Shown: positions 1 to 9,128 of the stretch, piece after piece | How positions within the stretch are numbered: the stretch's first letter is position 1 | Layout: each line of letters starts with the position of its first letter | Source of the DNA: Pseudonocardiales bacterium | Lineage (GTDB): Bacteria > Actinomycetota > Actinomycetes > Mycobacteriales > Pseudonocardiaceae | Assembly (NCBI GenBank): GCA_023252195.1 | Contig: JAHEXI010000008.1 | Span: 96,980 to 160,979 of the forward strand | Length of the DNA: 64,000 bases | Direction of reading: 5' to 3' | Notes under the pieces: model-generated | The model's input: only the letters and a program-made list of their open reading frames with translations | Databases searched by the model: none | What the model was told of the DNA's origin: nothing | Made by a program: the position numbers and the translations under genes

Positions 1-228
1 ACCTGCTACCTGCTGCTGTCCGTGGTGTTCGTGGCGGTGCTGGCCGCCTACGGTGGTGGTCTCGGTAACCGGTTCGGGCTCGCCGAGATCGCCATGCTGG
101 CCACCGCGACCTGGGTGCTGACGGTGTTGCTTGCGCAGGCTATGAGTCGTCGCGGCTACCGCGGGCCGGCTGAGGTGCTTCTTCGCCGCCTTACCTACGG
201 CGCACCGGTGACCGCGTCGCGACGCTAG
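1..228 (+). CDS. C-terminal fragment of a DUF418-like integral membrane protein (5' end outside window)
   Basis: The frame is open from base 1. Hydrophobic helices are followed by a ...[13 protein letters not shown] tail, typical of DUF418/YeiB-family C-termini. Confidence 0.45.
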   Translation, partial: TCYLLLSVVFVAVLAAYGGGLGNRFGLAEIAMLATATWVLTVLLAQAMSRRGYRGPAEVLLRRLTYGAPVTASRR

Positions 229-238
229 CCTGACGACC

Positions 239-1009
239 ATGCCGACCGCGCTGATTACCGGTCCCACCGCCGGGATCGGGGCCGCCTTCGCCCGCAGGCT
301 CGCCGCCGAAGGCTACGACCTCGTGCTCGTCGCCAGAGACCAGGAACGGCTGCGGAAGCTGTCCGCCGAGCTGTCGCAGCGCCACGGGGTGACCGTTGAG
401 GTCTTGCCCGCGGACCTGGCCAGCGCTAGCGAACGGCAGCTGGTCGAACAGCGGCTGCGCACCGGTGACCCGGTGGACCTGCTGGTGAACAACGCGGGTG
501 TCGGACTCGGCACCGAGTTTCTCGACGCCGACATCGCCGATCTGCAGGCCCAGCTCGACGTCAACGTGACCAGCGTGCTGCGGCTAACTCACGCCGCGCT
601 GCCGTCCATGGTGGACGCCGGGCGCGGTGCGGTGATCAACGTCTCCAGCGTCTCGGCCTTTCTCCCCGGCCGTGGCTCTACCTACGGCGCGAGCAAGGCG
701 TACGTCACAATGCTCTCCGAAGGGCTATCAGTGGCGCTGGCCGGCACCGGGGTACAGGTGCTCGCGCTGTGCCCGGGTTACGTCCGCACCGAGTTCCATG
801 ACCGCGCCGGGATGGACATGACCGGCAGCCCGTCAGCGTTCTGGCTGGACGCCGACACCGTCGTCCGCGACTGCCTGACCGACCTCCGGCGCGGCCGCAC
901 CATCTCGGTGCCAGGCCTGAAGTACCGGGCCCTGGTGGGACTGGTGGACGTGCTGCCTCGCAGTCTGGTCCGGCGCCTGGCCGGGCTCACCGCGCAGGGC
1001 CGCACATGA
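239..1009 (+). CDS. Short-chain dehydrogenase/reductase (SDR family oxidoreductase)
   Basis: N-terminal [28 protein letters not shown] Rossmann motif, NNAG, and a S...YGASK catalytic triad region. 256 aa. Confidence 0.9.
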   Translation: MPTALITGPTAGIGAAFARRLAAEGYDLVLVARDQERLRKLSAELSQRHGVTVEVLPADLASASERQLVEQRLRTGDPVDLLVNNAGVGLGTEFLDADIADLQAQLDVNVTSVLRLTHAALPSMVDAGRGAVINVSSVSAFLPGRGSTYGASKAYVTMLSEGLSVALAGTGVQVLALCPGYVRTEFHDRAGMDMTGSPSAFWLDADTVVRDCLTDLRRGRTISVPGLKYRALVGLVDVLPRSLVRRLAGLTAQGRT

Positions 1010-1542
1010 CCCAGGCTCGGGTTCGACTGGCCGCGCTGGTCCGTCAGTTGGCGGTGGTGCACGGTCGGGTCACGCTGTCGTCGGGAGCGCAGGCCGACTA
1101 CTACGTCGACCTGCGCCGCGCCACGTTGCATCACGAGGCCGCGCCGCTGATCGGGCGGCTGCTCCGGGAACTGACCAGCGACTGGTCCTACCAGGCAGTG
1201 GGCGGCTTGACGCTGGGTGCCGACCCGGTCGCCGCCGCCGTGCTGCACGCGCCGGGACCGCCGGTGGACGCCTTTGTGGTGCGAACCGCGACCAAGCCGC
1301 ACGGGATGCAGCGGCGCATCGAAGGCCCCGACGTCGCCGGTCGTCCGGTCCTCGCCGTCGAGGACACCTCCACCACCGGCGCCTCGGTGCTCACCGCCGT
1401 GGCGGCGCTGCGCGAGGCAGGGGCCGACGTCGTCGGCGTGGCCACCGTGGTGGACCGCGACACCGGCGCCCGCGAGGCCATCGAAGCAGTTGGGCTGCCT
1501 TACCGCGCAGTCCTGAGCATGACCGACCTGGGGTTGCGGTGA
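1006..1542 (+). CDS. pyrE: Orotate phosphoribosyltransferase
   Basis: [15 protein letters not shown] and the [18 protein letters not shown]-binding motif. ATGA overlap with the upstream SDR stop. 178 aa. Confidence 0.9.
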   Translation: MTQARVRLAALVRQLAVVHGRVTLSSGAQADYYVDLRRATLHHEAAPLIGRLLRELTSDWSYQAVGGLTLGADPVAAAVLHAPGPPVDAFVVRTATKPHGMQRRIEGPDVAGRPVLAVEDTSTTGASVLTAVAALREAGADVVGVATVVDRDTGAREAIEAVGLPYRAVLSMTDLGLR

Positions 1543-1606
1543 GCTAGGCGTTTCGGTGTCCGCCCAGCCGTAGATGATCTCCAGTCCGCGCAGTGATCAC
1601 CAGATG

Positions 1607-1643
1607 GGAAGAATCAACCGCGCTGAGCGCGGCTCATTCTTCC
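1607..1643 (+). terminator. Structured stem-loop 65 nt downstream of pyrE (putative U-tail-less terminator or RNA element)
   Basis: GGAAGAAT-caa-CCGCGC-tga-GCGCGG-ctc-ATTCTTCC gives 8+6 bp stems with a symmetric 3x3 internal loop. There is no T-run. Confidence 0.35.
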
Positions 1644-1761
1644 GAGATCGCGATCATGATCCCCATCGGTGCACCCGGCACGGCACCGCTCAGCGCGGCC
1701 GCCGGTCGGATCGAGTGCAGGATGACTAGGGTCGCCGTTGTGGGCAGCGAGTTAGCGGGTC

Positions 1762-2496
1762 TTGCGGGTTGTGGGGAGATCCGTGATTGATGGCATCGCG
1801 CCGAGGCCACCGCTGACCCACGAGCGCTACAGCACTGAACGCCACGCACAGCAGCCGCCACAGTCTGGCCCGACGGAGTGGGGCCAGCAGATCGGCGTCG
1901 GTCCCTGGCCGGGACCGTGGCCCGACGACGAACGCTACGATCCAGAGCTGCTGAGCGACGGCGACCGTCGCAACGTCGTCGACGCCTACCGGTATTGGCG
2001 CCGCGACGCGGTGGTTGCCGCGTTGGACGCCCGCCGCCACCCCGTGCACGTGGCGATCGAGAACTTCGGTCATGACCACAACATCGGCACCGTGGTGCGC
2101 ACCGCGAACGCCTTCGCGGTGGCCGAGGTGCACATCGTGGGCCGCCGCCGGTGGAACCGCCGCGGTGCCATGGTCACCGACCGCTACCAGCACCTGCGCC
2201 ACCATGACGACATCACCGGGTTGCTCACACACGCCGCCACGGCGGAGCTGACCGTGGTGGCGGTGGACAACTCTCCGGGTGCACTGCGGTTGGAAACCGC
2301 CACCCTGCCACGGCACTGCCTGCTGCTGTTCGGGCAGGAAGGCCCTGGCCTGACCGCCCAAGCCCGCAAGGGGGCCGCGTTGACCGTCTCGATCGCCCAG
2401 TTCGGCTCCACCCGGTCGATCAACGCCGGGGTGGCCGCCGGGATCGCCATGCATGCCTGGATCCGCCAGCACGCCGACCTCGGGACAGCCTGGTGA
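1762..2496 (+). CDS. TrmH/SpoU-family RNA 2'-O-methyltransferase
   Basis: HVAIENFGHDHNIGTVVRTANAF, LLFGQEGPGL and SINAGVAAGIAMH are the SpoU motifs 1-3. The start is uncertain; GTG at 1783 follows GGGGAG. Confidence 0.85.
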   Translation: MRVVGRSVIDGIAPRPPLTHERYSTERHAQQPPQSGPTEWGQQIGVGPWPGPWPDDERYDPELLSDGDRRNVVDAYRYWRRDAVVAALDARRHPVHVAIENFGHDHNIGTVVRTANAFAVAEVHIVGRRRWNRRGAMVTDRYQHLRHHDDITGLLTHAATAELTVVAVDNSPGALRLETATLPRHCLLLFGQEGPGLTAQARKGAALTVSIAQFGSTRSINAGVAAGIAMHAWIRQHADLGTAW

Positions 2497-3539
2497 GCGT
2501 GTGGGCGGCCCGCGCGGCCGCCGCGGAACGCGCGGTGCACACCCGGCACCTGCACTGGCTGTGGAGCCTGCCGGACACCCGGTTGGGACGACCCGGCTGG
2601 CCGGGACGCTCAGCGCACTGGCATTACTGGTGGCAGGCGCACCTGCTGGACTGCACGCTCGACGCCTACCAGCGCGCCCCGACGCAATGGCGGCGCGACA
2701 CCTCCGCCGCGCTGGTCCGCGGGGTGCGGGTGCGCAACGTCACCGGCTGGGTCAACGACTACTTCGACGACATCGCCTGGCTCGGCCTGGCGTTGCAGCG
2801 CAGCGCGACGCTGGCTGGGATCCGCAAGGCGGGCGCGGAGCAGGCCATCATGCGCCGGCTGCGCTTCGGTCGGGGCCCGAGCGGAGGGATGCGGTGGCGG
2901 GTCGGCGACGATTTCATCAACGTCCCGGCCACCGGGCCGGCCGCGATCTTCTACGCCCGCCGGGGCAACCTTGGTATCGCCGCGTCGCTGGCCAACTGGA
3001 TTCTCGAGCAGCTGATCGACCCGAGCACCGGCCTGGTCTTCGACGGGGCGCGGGTGAACCCCGACGGCTCGGTGCGCACCGTCGAGCGCGCGCTCTACAG
3101 CTACTGCCAAGGCGTGTTGCTGGGTGCCTGCATCGAGCTGGGCACCGCCACCAGTGACCCGCGCTGGTGGCAACAGGCCGACCGAACGGTGCACGCGGTC
3201 GCCGGGCACCTCACCGATGGCGGCGTGCTGCGCGGGCACGGCGGCGGCGATGGTGGGCTGTTCAGCGGCATCCTGGCCCGCTACCTCACAGTGGCCGCAA
3301 CGGCCCGGCCGGCCGAACCGTCCAGCAAGATCGCGACGCGACTGGTGCTGGACTCCGCCGAGGCGGCGTGGCGCAACCGGGGCGTCGCCGACGGCGGTCC
3401 GGTATTCGGCCCGCAGTGGACGGTTGCCGCCCAGCCGCCCAGCCCGGATCGCCCCGAGGGCGACCTGTCCGTACAGCTGTCGGGGTGGATGCTGCTCGAG
3501 GCTGCCGCCGTGCTGTCCCGCCGGCCCGAGCTGAGTTGA
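2493..3539 (+). CDS. Glycoside hydrolase family 76-like protein (alpha-1,6-mannanase fold)
   Basis: WWQAHLLDCTLDAY...NDYFDDIAWLGLAL... pattern as in GH76 proteins. GTGA overlap with the TrmH stop. 348 aa. Confidence 0.65.
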   Translation: MSVWAARAAAAERAVHTRHLHWLWSLPDTRLGRPGWPGRSAHWHYWWQAHLLDCTLDAYQRAPTQWRRDTSAALVRGVRVRNVTGWVNDYFDDIAWLGLALQRSATLAGIRKAGAEQAIMRRLRFGRGPSGGMRWRVGDDFINVPATGPAAIFYARRGNLGIAASLANWILEQLIDPSTGLVFDGARVNPDGSVRTVERALYSYCQGVLLGACIELGTATSDPRWWQQADRTVHAVAGHLTDGGVLRGHGGGDGGLFSGILARYLTVAATARPAEPSSKIATRLVLDSAEAAWRNRGVADGGPVFGPQWTVAAQPPSPDRPEGDLSVQLSGWMLLEAAAVLSRRPELS

Positions 3540-3542
3540 CTG

Positions 3543-4580
3543 GTGGAGATCGTGGACGCGCAGCGGCTGTGGTCTGCCCAGCCGGGTTGGCTGAACACAG
3601 CGAGCTACGGGTTGCCGCCAACGCCGGCGTGGGACGCATTGCAGTCCGTACTGGCCGATTGGCGGTCCGGACAGACCAGTTGGGAGAAGTGGGGCGAGGC
3701 GACCGACCGCTCGCGGGAATCGTTCGCGCGTCTGGTTGATGTACGCACCGACCAGGTCGCGGTCGGTGCGACCGTCTCGGAGCTGATCGGGTTGGTGGCG
3801 GCGGGCGCACCCGACCGCGCCCGAGTGGTGACCGCAGAGGGCGACTTCACCTCACTGCTGTTCCCATGGCTGGTCCACGCCGATCGAGGCATCGACGTGC
3901 ACACGGTCCCGGTGGCCAGCCTCGCCGACGCCGTGGACCGCACCACTACGGTGGTCGCGTTCAGCCTGGTGCAGTCCGCGACCGGCCAGATCGCCGATCT
4001 CGACGCCGTCGTGCAGGCGGCCCAGGCTCACGACGCGCTCGTCGTCGTCGACGCTACCCAGGCCTGCGGCTGGCTGCCGGTCACCGCCACTGGAATCGAT
4101 GCGCTGGCGTGCGGAGCCTACAAGTGGTTGATGTCGCCTCGGGGCAGTGCGTTTCTCGCCGTCAGTGACCGGCTGCGGGATCGGCTGCGCCCGCTGCACG
4201 CCGGCTGGTACGCCGGCGAGGACGTGCACGCCTCCTATTACGGACTTCCGTTGCGGCTAGCCCGCTCCGCCCGGCGGTTCGACACCTCACCCGCCTGGTT
4301 CAGCTGGGTGGGCACCGCGCCCGCGCTGGAGGTCGTCGAACAGATCGGTGTCGAGGCGATCCACGCGCACAACCTGGCCCTGGCCAACCGGTTCCGCGCC
4401 GGTCTGGGCTTGGCCGATGGTGACAGCGCGATCGTGTCCGCTGCCATTCCCGACGCTGACCGCAAGCTCACCGCAGCCGGTATCCGAGCAGCGACCCGCG
4501 CAGGTGAACTGCGGGTCTCATTTCACATCTACTCCACCGAAGACGACGTCGACACCGCCTTGAATGCCCTCACCGGCTAA
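3543..4580 (+). CDS. Class V aminotransferase-fold PLP-dependent enzyme (cysteine desulfurase/selenocysteine lyase-like)
   Basis: VVDATQACGWLP...ACGAYKWLMSPRG has the PLP-lysine context. 345 aa. Confidence 0.8.
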   Translation: MEIVDAQRLWSAQPGWLNTASYGLPPTPAWDALQSVLADWRSGQTSWEKWGEATDRSRESFARLVDVRTDQVAVGATVSELIGLVAAGAPDRARVVTAEGDFTSLLFPWLVHADRGIDVHTVPVASLADAVDRTTTVVAFSLVQSATGQIADLDAVVQAAQAHDALVVVDATQACGWLPVTATGIDALACGAYKWLMSPRGSAFLAVSDRLRDRLRPLHAGWYAGEDVHASYYGLPLRLARSARRFDTSPAWFSWVGTAPALEVVEQIGVEAIHAHNLALANRFRAGLGLADGDSAIVSAAIPDADRKLTAAGIRAATRAGELRVSFHIYSTEDDVDTALNALTG

Positions 4581-4625
4581 CGCTGGAACGACAGCGAGTA
4601 TGAAGGTGGCCCGTTCGGCTCGATC

Positions 4626-5021
4626 CTAACTCGAACGGTGATCACCAGATGGCGCCTGGCTGAGGTCGACTATGCAGAACGGATTGCCGTCCGGGTCTCC
4701 GAGGACGATGAAGTCCGGCTCCGGCGGATACAGCCCCCAGTCGAGCTTGCTTGCCCCTAGTCCGACGAGCCGGTCAACCTCGGCTTCCTGCTCGGCAGTG
4801 GTGTCCACGAACAGGTCAAGGTGGATACGCGGACGCGCCTCCACGGGCGACTCGCTGCGCTGTAAGCCGAGCGCTCGGCCGGACCCGTCTGCGTAGTACA
4901 GAGTGACCCAGTCGTCGCTCTGCCATTCCTCAGAGGCCACGAGGTTGAGCACCGCCGTCCAAAACGCAACGGCCCGGGGCATGTCGACCACACCGATCAC
5001 CGCGAACCCGAGTCTGAGCAC
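4626..5021 (-). CDS. VOC/glyoxalase-family protein
   Basis: 131 aa. Has FAVIGVVDMPRAVAFW..., HLDLFVD... and DPDGNPFCIV beta-alpha-beta-beta-beta module signatures. Confidence 0.8.
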   Translation of the reverse strand: MLRLGFAVIGVVDMPRAVAFWTAVLNLVASEEWQSDDWVTLYYADGSGRALGLQRSESPVEARPRIHLDLFVDTTAEQEAEVDRLVGLGASKLDWGLYPPEPDFIVLGDPDGNPFCIVDLSQAPSGDHRSS

Positions 5022-5272
5022 GGCTTTGAGCCTAGGACTCCGCTTGCTCGGTCGCTGGCCAGCGCCGGCCCATGCGTTGGGGACGTGACTGACCGCTCAG
5101 CGATCCGCGACCGGACGGGGCAGTTCGCCTGGCCTCGGTCAGTAGGGCTGCCCGAGGTACCACTGGGAGGCAACCGTCCAGCCGCTGTCCGGTAACCCGC
5201 GCGCCTGGGAGACGAGGCACAGCGACCGCGCGGATTGCGTGTGCCGGTAGGCGAACCCCCACCGGCTGTCTC

Positions 5273-5968
5273 TCAGCACGCGCGGGAGTCGAGGTAGCGG
5301 AGCAGGACCACGTTCCCGATCTGCCGGGTCTCCGCGAGTGTCATCGGATGCGCGGCGTCCTGGGGGAATTGGCCCGGATGCACGAAGCGGGGGGCACCGA
5401 CGTCACCGACGAAGAACGGCGCGATCACGAGGTGGAGCTCGTCCACGAGTCCGGCAGTGAGGAACTTGGTATGGACGGTGCCGCCACCCTCCACCATCAG
5501 GCGCTCGACCTTGCGCTCGGCGAGGTCCTCCAGCACGACACCCAGATCAATCGGCGTTCCGGCACCGACCACGGTCGCGACCTTCCCGAACGCCTCACGA
5601 AGAGCCGACACTGCAGGATCGCGCGTATAGATGAGCTTTTCGCCGTCACCCGCGAAGAAAAACCGTGCTTCGGCGTTCAGATCACCACTAGCGGTCAGCG
5701 TCACCTTGATGGGATGCGGAGCAACGCCGCGGCGCACTCGCTCCTGCTGGCGCTCCAGGGAGCGGATCAGCAACCAGGGATTGTCACGGCGGATCGTGTT
5801 CGCCCCCACCAGAATGGCATCCACACTGGCCCGTACCTCATCGACCCGATCGAAGTCCTCATCGTTGGACAACATCAACCGAGCATCGCGCATATCGTCG
5901 ATGTAGCCGTCGACGGACATCGCCACCGAGAGCAGAACATACGGACGTGCTGTCAAGGTGGCACCCAT
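5273..5968 (-). CDS. RibD C-terminal domain / dihydrofolate-reductase-like family protein
   Basis: YVLLSVAMSVDGYIDD...ILVGANTIRRDNPWLL...MVEGGGTVHTKFL matches the RibD_C reductase pattern. 231 aa. Confidence 0.8.
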   Translation of the reverse strand: MGATLTARPYVLLSVAMSVDGYIDDMRDARLMLSNDEDFDRVDEVRASVDAILVGANTIRRDNPWLLIRSLERQQERVRRGVAPHPIKVTLTASGDLNAEARFFFAGDGEKLIYTRDPAVSALREAFGKVATVVGAGTPIDLGVVLEDLAERKVERLMVEGGGTVHTKFLTAGLVDELHLVIAPFFVGDVGAPRFVHPGQFPQDAAHPMTLAETRQIGNVVLLRYLDSRAC

Positions 5969-6189
5969 TGCCGATCTCCGACTATCTGCCTGGAAGCGTG
6001 CCCGGCGTCGGTGGTGTCGAGGCCCGCGCCGCGAGGCACACTGCGCCCATGGGATCGCGACGCCATGATCAGGTTTCTGCGCGAGATCCTACTCGGTGCC
6101 GCTAGCCTGGAGGTTCCTCGTCATCGGGATTCACGCCCCGGGGTAGCTCCCGGGGGCCTCGGTGAGGGGCCGGGGAGGAGTGGGCTCTC

Positions 6190-7436
6190 ATGGAGGTTGA
6201 GGAAGCACGGACGATCGATGTGCGTGCTCGCACGATCCGCCGTCGTCGCGGGCTTAGTCTGGACGTGGCGGCTGGGCTGGCTGGGATCACTAAGGGCTAC
6301 CTATCGATGCTGGAACATGGCCAGCGCGGGTTTAACCGCCGTGGCTTGCTTGAGGATTTGGCCGCTGCGCTCGGCTGTTCAGTGGTCGACCTGACCGGCC
6401 AGCCGTACCTGCCACCTGACCGGACCTCGGCCGAAACATTGGCGGCGCTGCCCGGTATCCGCGAGGTCATCTACGACTCGACCGTGGACAAGGCGCCTCA
6501 AGTTCAGGTCCGCCCGTCGAGCAACTCGGCGCCGCGGTCCGGCGCGCAAATGAGTTCCGCGACGCTGGACGCTACGGCCCTGCTGCGCGCGAGTTGGGAG
6601 CCCTTCTAGCCGAGCTGCACGCATACACGTCCGCTGGCGGCGATGCTGGCCGGGCGGCGTTGCCGGTCTTGGTGGAGGCTTGCCACGTGGCCGCAGCGGT
6701 ATCCGAGGTGGTCGGTCACCAGGATCTCGCCCTGGCTTGCGCGGTGCGTGAAGCCGACGCGGCCGAGGCGCTCGGTGACGATTGCGCTCTCGCCTCGCTC
6801 TCGGCCCGCAGCCTCGGGCAAACGTGGTTGAAGGTCGGCGCCCGCAGACAGGCAGCGACCACCTTCGCCAAGGCCGTCGATGCGAGCACCAGCGCAGATC
6901 CAGATTCTGGGAACACGGCGGCGGCGGAGATGGCGGGCATGGTGCAGCTCGGTTCGGCGCTGCTGGGCGCCCGCACCGGCGACCGCGACGCAGTCACCAC
7001 CCACCTAGCCGAGGCTGCTTCGCTGGCCGAACGAACCGGCGAACGCAATACCCAGCTACAACATTTCGGTCCGATCAACGTGGCGCTGTGGAAGGTCGCG
7101 CTAGCCGTTGAGCTGGGAGACGGGACCGCCGTCGTCGAAGCCCTTGAGGCCGATCCCATCCCGGTGAAGTTGCTCGGTAGCCCGCTGCGGTCGGCCAACC
7201 TGTCGTTGGACGTTGCCCGCGGATGGGCGCAAGCAGGAGGGGATCGCGACGAGCGCGCGATACGTGCGTTGGACGCCGCCGATCGTGCTGCGCCCGCCAT
7301 GGTGCGCAACCATCCGCTCGCCCGCGAGCTGCTCGCCGATCTGTGCGGTCGCGTCCGGCGTCGCATGTGGGAGCTGGACAGCTTGCGGAACCGCTTCGAC
7401 ATCGACAACCAGGGTCCACGGAGTGCGAACAACTAG
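6190..7436 (+). pseudogene. XRE-family HTH regulator with C-terminal helical-repeat domain, split by a frameshift near 6500-6520
   Basis: The HTH (LSLDVAAGLAGITKGYLSMLEHGQRGF) is in frame 1 up to about 6510. The natural continuation EQLGAAVRRANEFRDAGRYGPAARELGALLAELH... is open in frame 3 from 6519 and runs to 7436. Confidence 0.6.
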
Positions 7437-7462
7437 CGCGATCTTCACCGCATTGTTGTCGG

Positions 7463-7708
7463 GTGAACGCAGCAGAGCCGCCGCCAGGAAGAGAGGATCA
7501 GTCCCTCACGCTCGGTGAGGCGCTGGCGAAGCTGTTCCTTGATAACGCCGACCGGGGCGCGAACGCCGCGAACGACGAGCTAATCGAAGAACTCCAGCAA
7601 CGAAGCCGGGCGCTCTGCAAGACCCGTAAAGGCCCCGACCGGCCGCCGGTGGAGCGCAGCCCCCCGTCAGCTCCTGGCGGCCGGTCGGCACCACAGTGGC
7701 CGCAGTGA
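7463..7708 (+). CDS. Hypothetical small protein (81 aa), weakly supported
   Basis: High GC3 in this frame across the XRE/methyltransferase spacer (..SLTLGEALAKLFLDNADRGANAANDELIEELQQRSRAL..). GTG start with no clear SD. Confidence 0.25.
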   Translation: MNAAEPPPGREDQSLTLGEALAKLFLDNADRGANAANDELIEELQQRSRALCKTRKGPDRPPVERSPPSAPGGRSAPQWPQ

Positions 7709-7880
7709 TCCCGGCCCCGGCGCGGTAGAAAGGCGGTGATCAGATGGGTGGCAACGGCAAGGACGATGATGCTGAGGCGAAAGACGGCGGCAGGCACGAT
7801 GTGGGAAGGGACGGCGAAACTGGTAAGACTGGCGATGATATTGACCCTAGTAAGTACGGAACCTATGAAAACGACGACGA

Positions 7881-9047
7881 GTGACCACCGACATCACCGC
7901 ACTGGCTGACACACTCCAGGCGAAGGGACATCTTCCGAACGACTGGGACGAGGCGTTTCGCTCGGTGTTACGGGAGCGGTTCATTCCGGACCGAATCTGG
8001 GTGGATGAGCACGACGACGGCCACGATGTCGCGCTGGACCGCGCCAGCGAGCCGCAACGGTGGCGGGCAGCGGTGTACTCGAACCGCGTGATCGTCACCC
8101 AGTTCGATGACGGTGACACGGTGTGGCCGGACGTGGGCTACCGGCCTACGTCATCGTGTTCGATGCCCTCAGCGGTGCTCGGGATGTTGGATGCCCTCGA
8201 CGTGCGTGCGGGGATGCGGGTGTTGGAGATCGGCACTGGGACTGGCTACAACGCTGCCCTGCTGGCCGCGCGCCTGGGTGATGAGCAGGTGGCCACGGTC
8301 GAGGTCGACCCGGTGCTAGCCGAGCAAGCCCGGTCTTCGCTGATCGCCATCGGATGCACATCGACGGTGGTTTGCGGAGATGGTGCGGCGGGTTGGCGCG
8401 TTGGGGCCCCGTTCGACCGGGTCATCGTGACCGCTGCGGTGAAGCTCGGCCGAGTGCCGTACTCGTGGGTCAAGCAGACCACTCCTGGTGGGGTTATCCT
8501 CACCCCGCTCAAGACCGACTTCACCACCGGACCGTTGCTGGCTTTCGTAGTTGGCCAAGACGGCACCGCGACCGGCCGTGCTGTGCCGCTGCGTGTGGCG
8601 TTCATGGAAATGCGGGCGCAACGCACCCCGGTGATTAACTGGGACGGTATGCGCTGGGATGACCCTGACGCTGACCTTTCTCATACTGACGTGATGCCAT
8701 GGACGACGCTGGGCAACGAAGCGCCGCGGTGGGCCACCGCCGTCGCCGTACCCTCGTGCCGCTACGAGCTGTGGCCACGCACGCCTGGTCGCAATCCCCG
8801 CCACGGCGTGGCGTGGTTGGGTGACCCGCTGTCGGGGTCATGGGCCAGCGTCATCCCAGCCGAAACCGACGACCGGTATGAAGTCCGCCAGAGTGGTCCC
8901 CGCCGCTTATGGGATGAGGTGGAGGCCGCCTACAGCTGGTGGCTGGACCAGGGCAAACCGACGTTGGACCAGTGGCGGTTCACCGTGTCACCAGATCGCC
9001 AGACGGCTACGGTGGCGACAATCGCTGACCACGGCGCTCTTCGTTAG
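7881..9047 (+). CDS. Protein-L-isoaspartate O-methyltransferase (PIMT)-fold methyltransferase with extra C-terminal domain (RiPP-system-type architecture)
   Basis: SAM motif VLEIGTGTGYNAALLA and post-I/II motifs VATVEVD, GDGAAGW, FDRVIVTAA. 388 aa, with a C-terminal domain of about 170 aa beyond the PIMT core. Confidence 0.8.
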   Translation: MTTDITALADTLQAKGHLPNDWDEAFRSVLRERFIPDRIWVDEHDDGHDVALDRASEPQRWRAAVYSNRVIVTQFDDGDTVWPDVGYRPTSSCSMPSAVLGMLDALDVRAGMRVLEIGTGTGYNAALLAARLGDEQVATVEVDPVLAEQARSSLIAIGCTSTVVCGDGAAGWRVGAPFDRVIVTAAVKLGRVPYSWVKQTTPGGVILTPLKTDFTTGPLLAFVVGQDGTATGRAVPLRVAFMEMRAQRTPVINWDGMRWDDPDADLSHTDVMPWTTLGNEAPRWATAVAVPSCRYELWPRTPGRNPRHGVAWLGDPLSGSWASVIPAETDDRYEVRQSGPRRLWDEVEAAYSWWLDQGKPTLDQWRFTVSPDRQTATVATIADHGALR

Positions 9048-9062
9048 CCCGTTGCCCTACGG

Positions 9063-9126
9063 CTCCCGAGCTCCACAGCAGGGTTGCTCTGGCGGTCTCG
9101 GACAGCTCTGTAGTGGAGTTCGGGAG
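9063..9126. repeat. Family-A 64-bp palindromic element, copy A1
   Basis: CTCCCGAGCTCCACAGCAG...CTCTGTAGTGGAGTTCGGGAG form inverted arms. Same architecture as copies at 37781, 40279, 49128 and 57538. Confidence 0.75.
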
Positions 9127-9128
9127 CT

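Noticed and set aside
7498-7797. Minus-strand 99-aa ORF with an N-terminal TM-like segment in the XRE/methyltransferase spacer.
   Set aside because: The remainder is low-complexity Ser/Arg/Ala sequence. The opposite-strand frame has better GC3 over most of the region, so neither is strongly supported.
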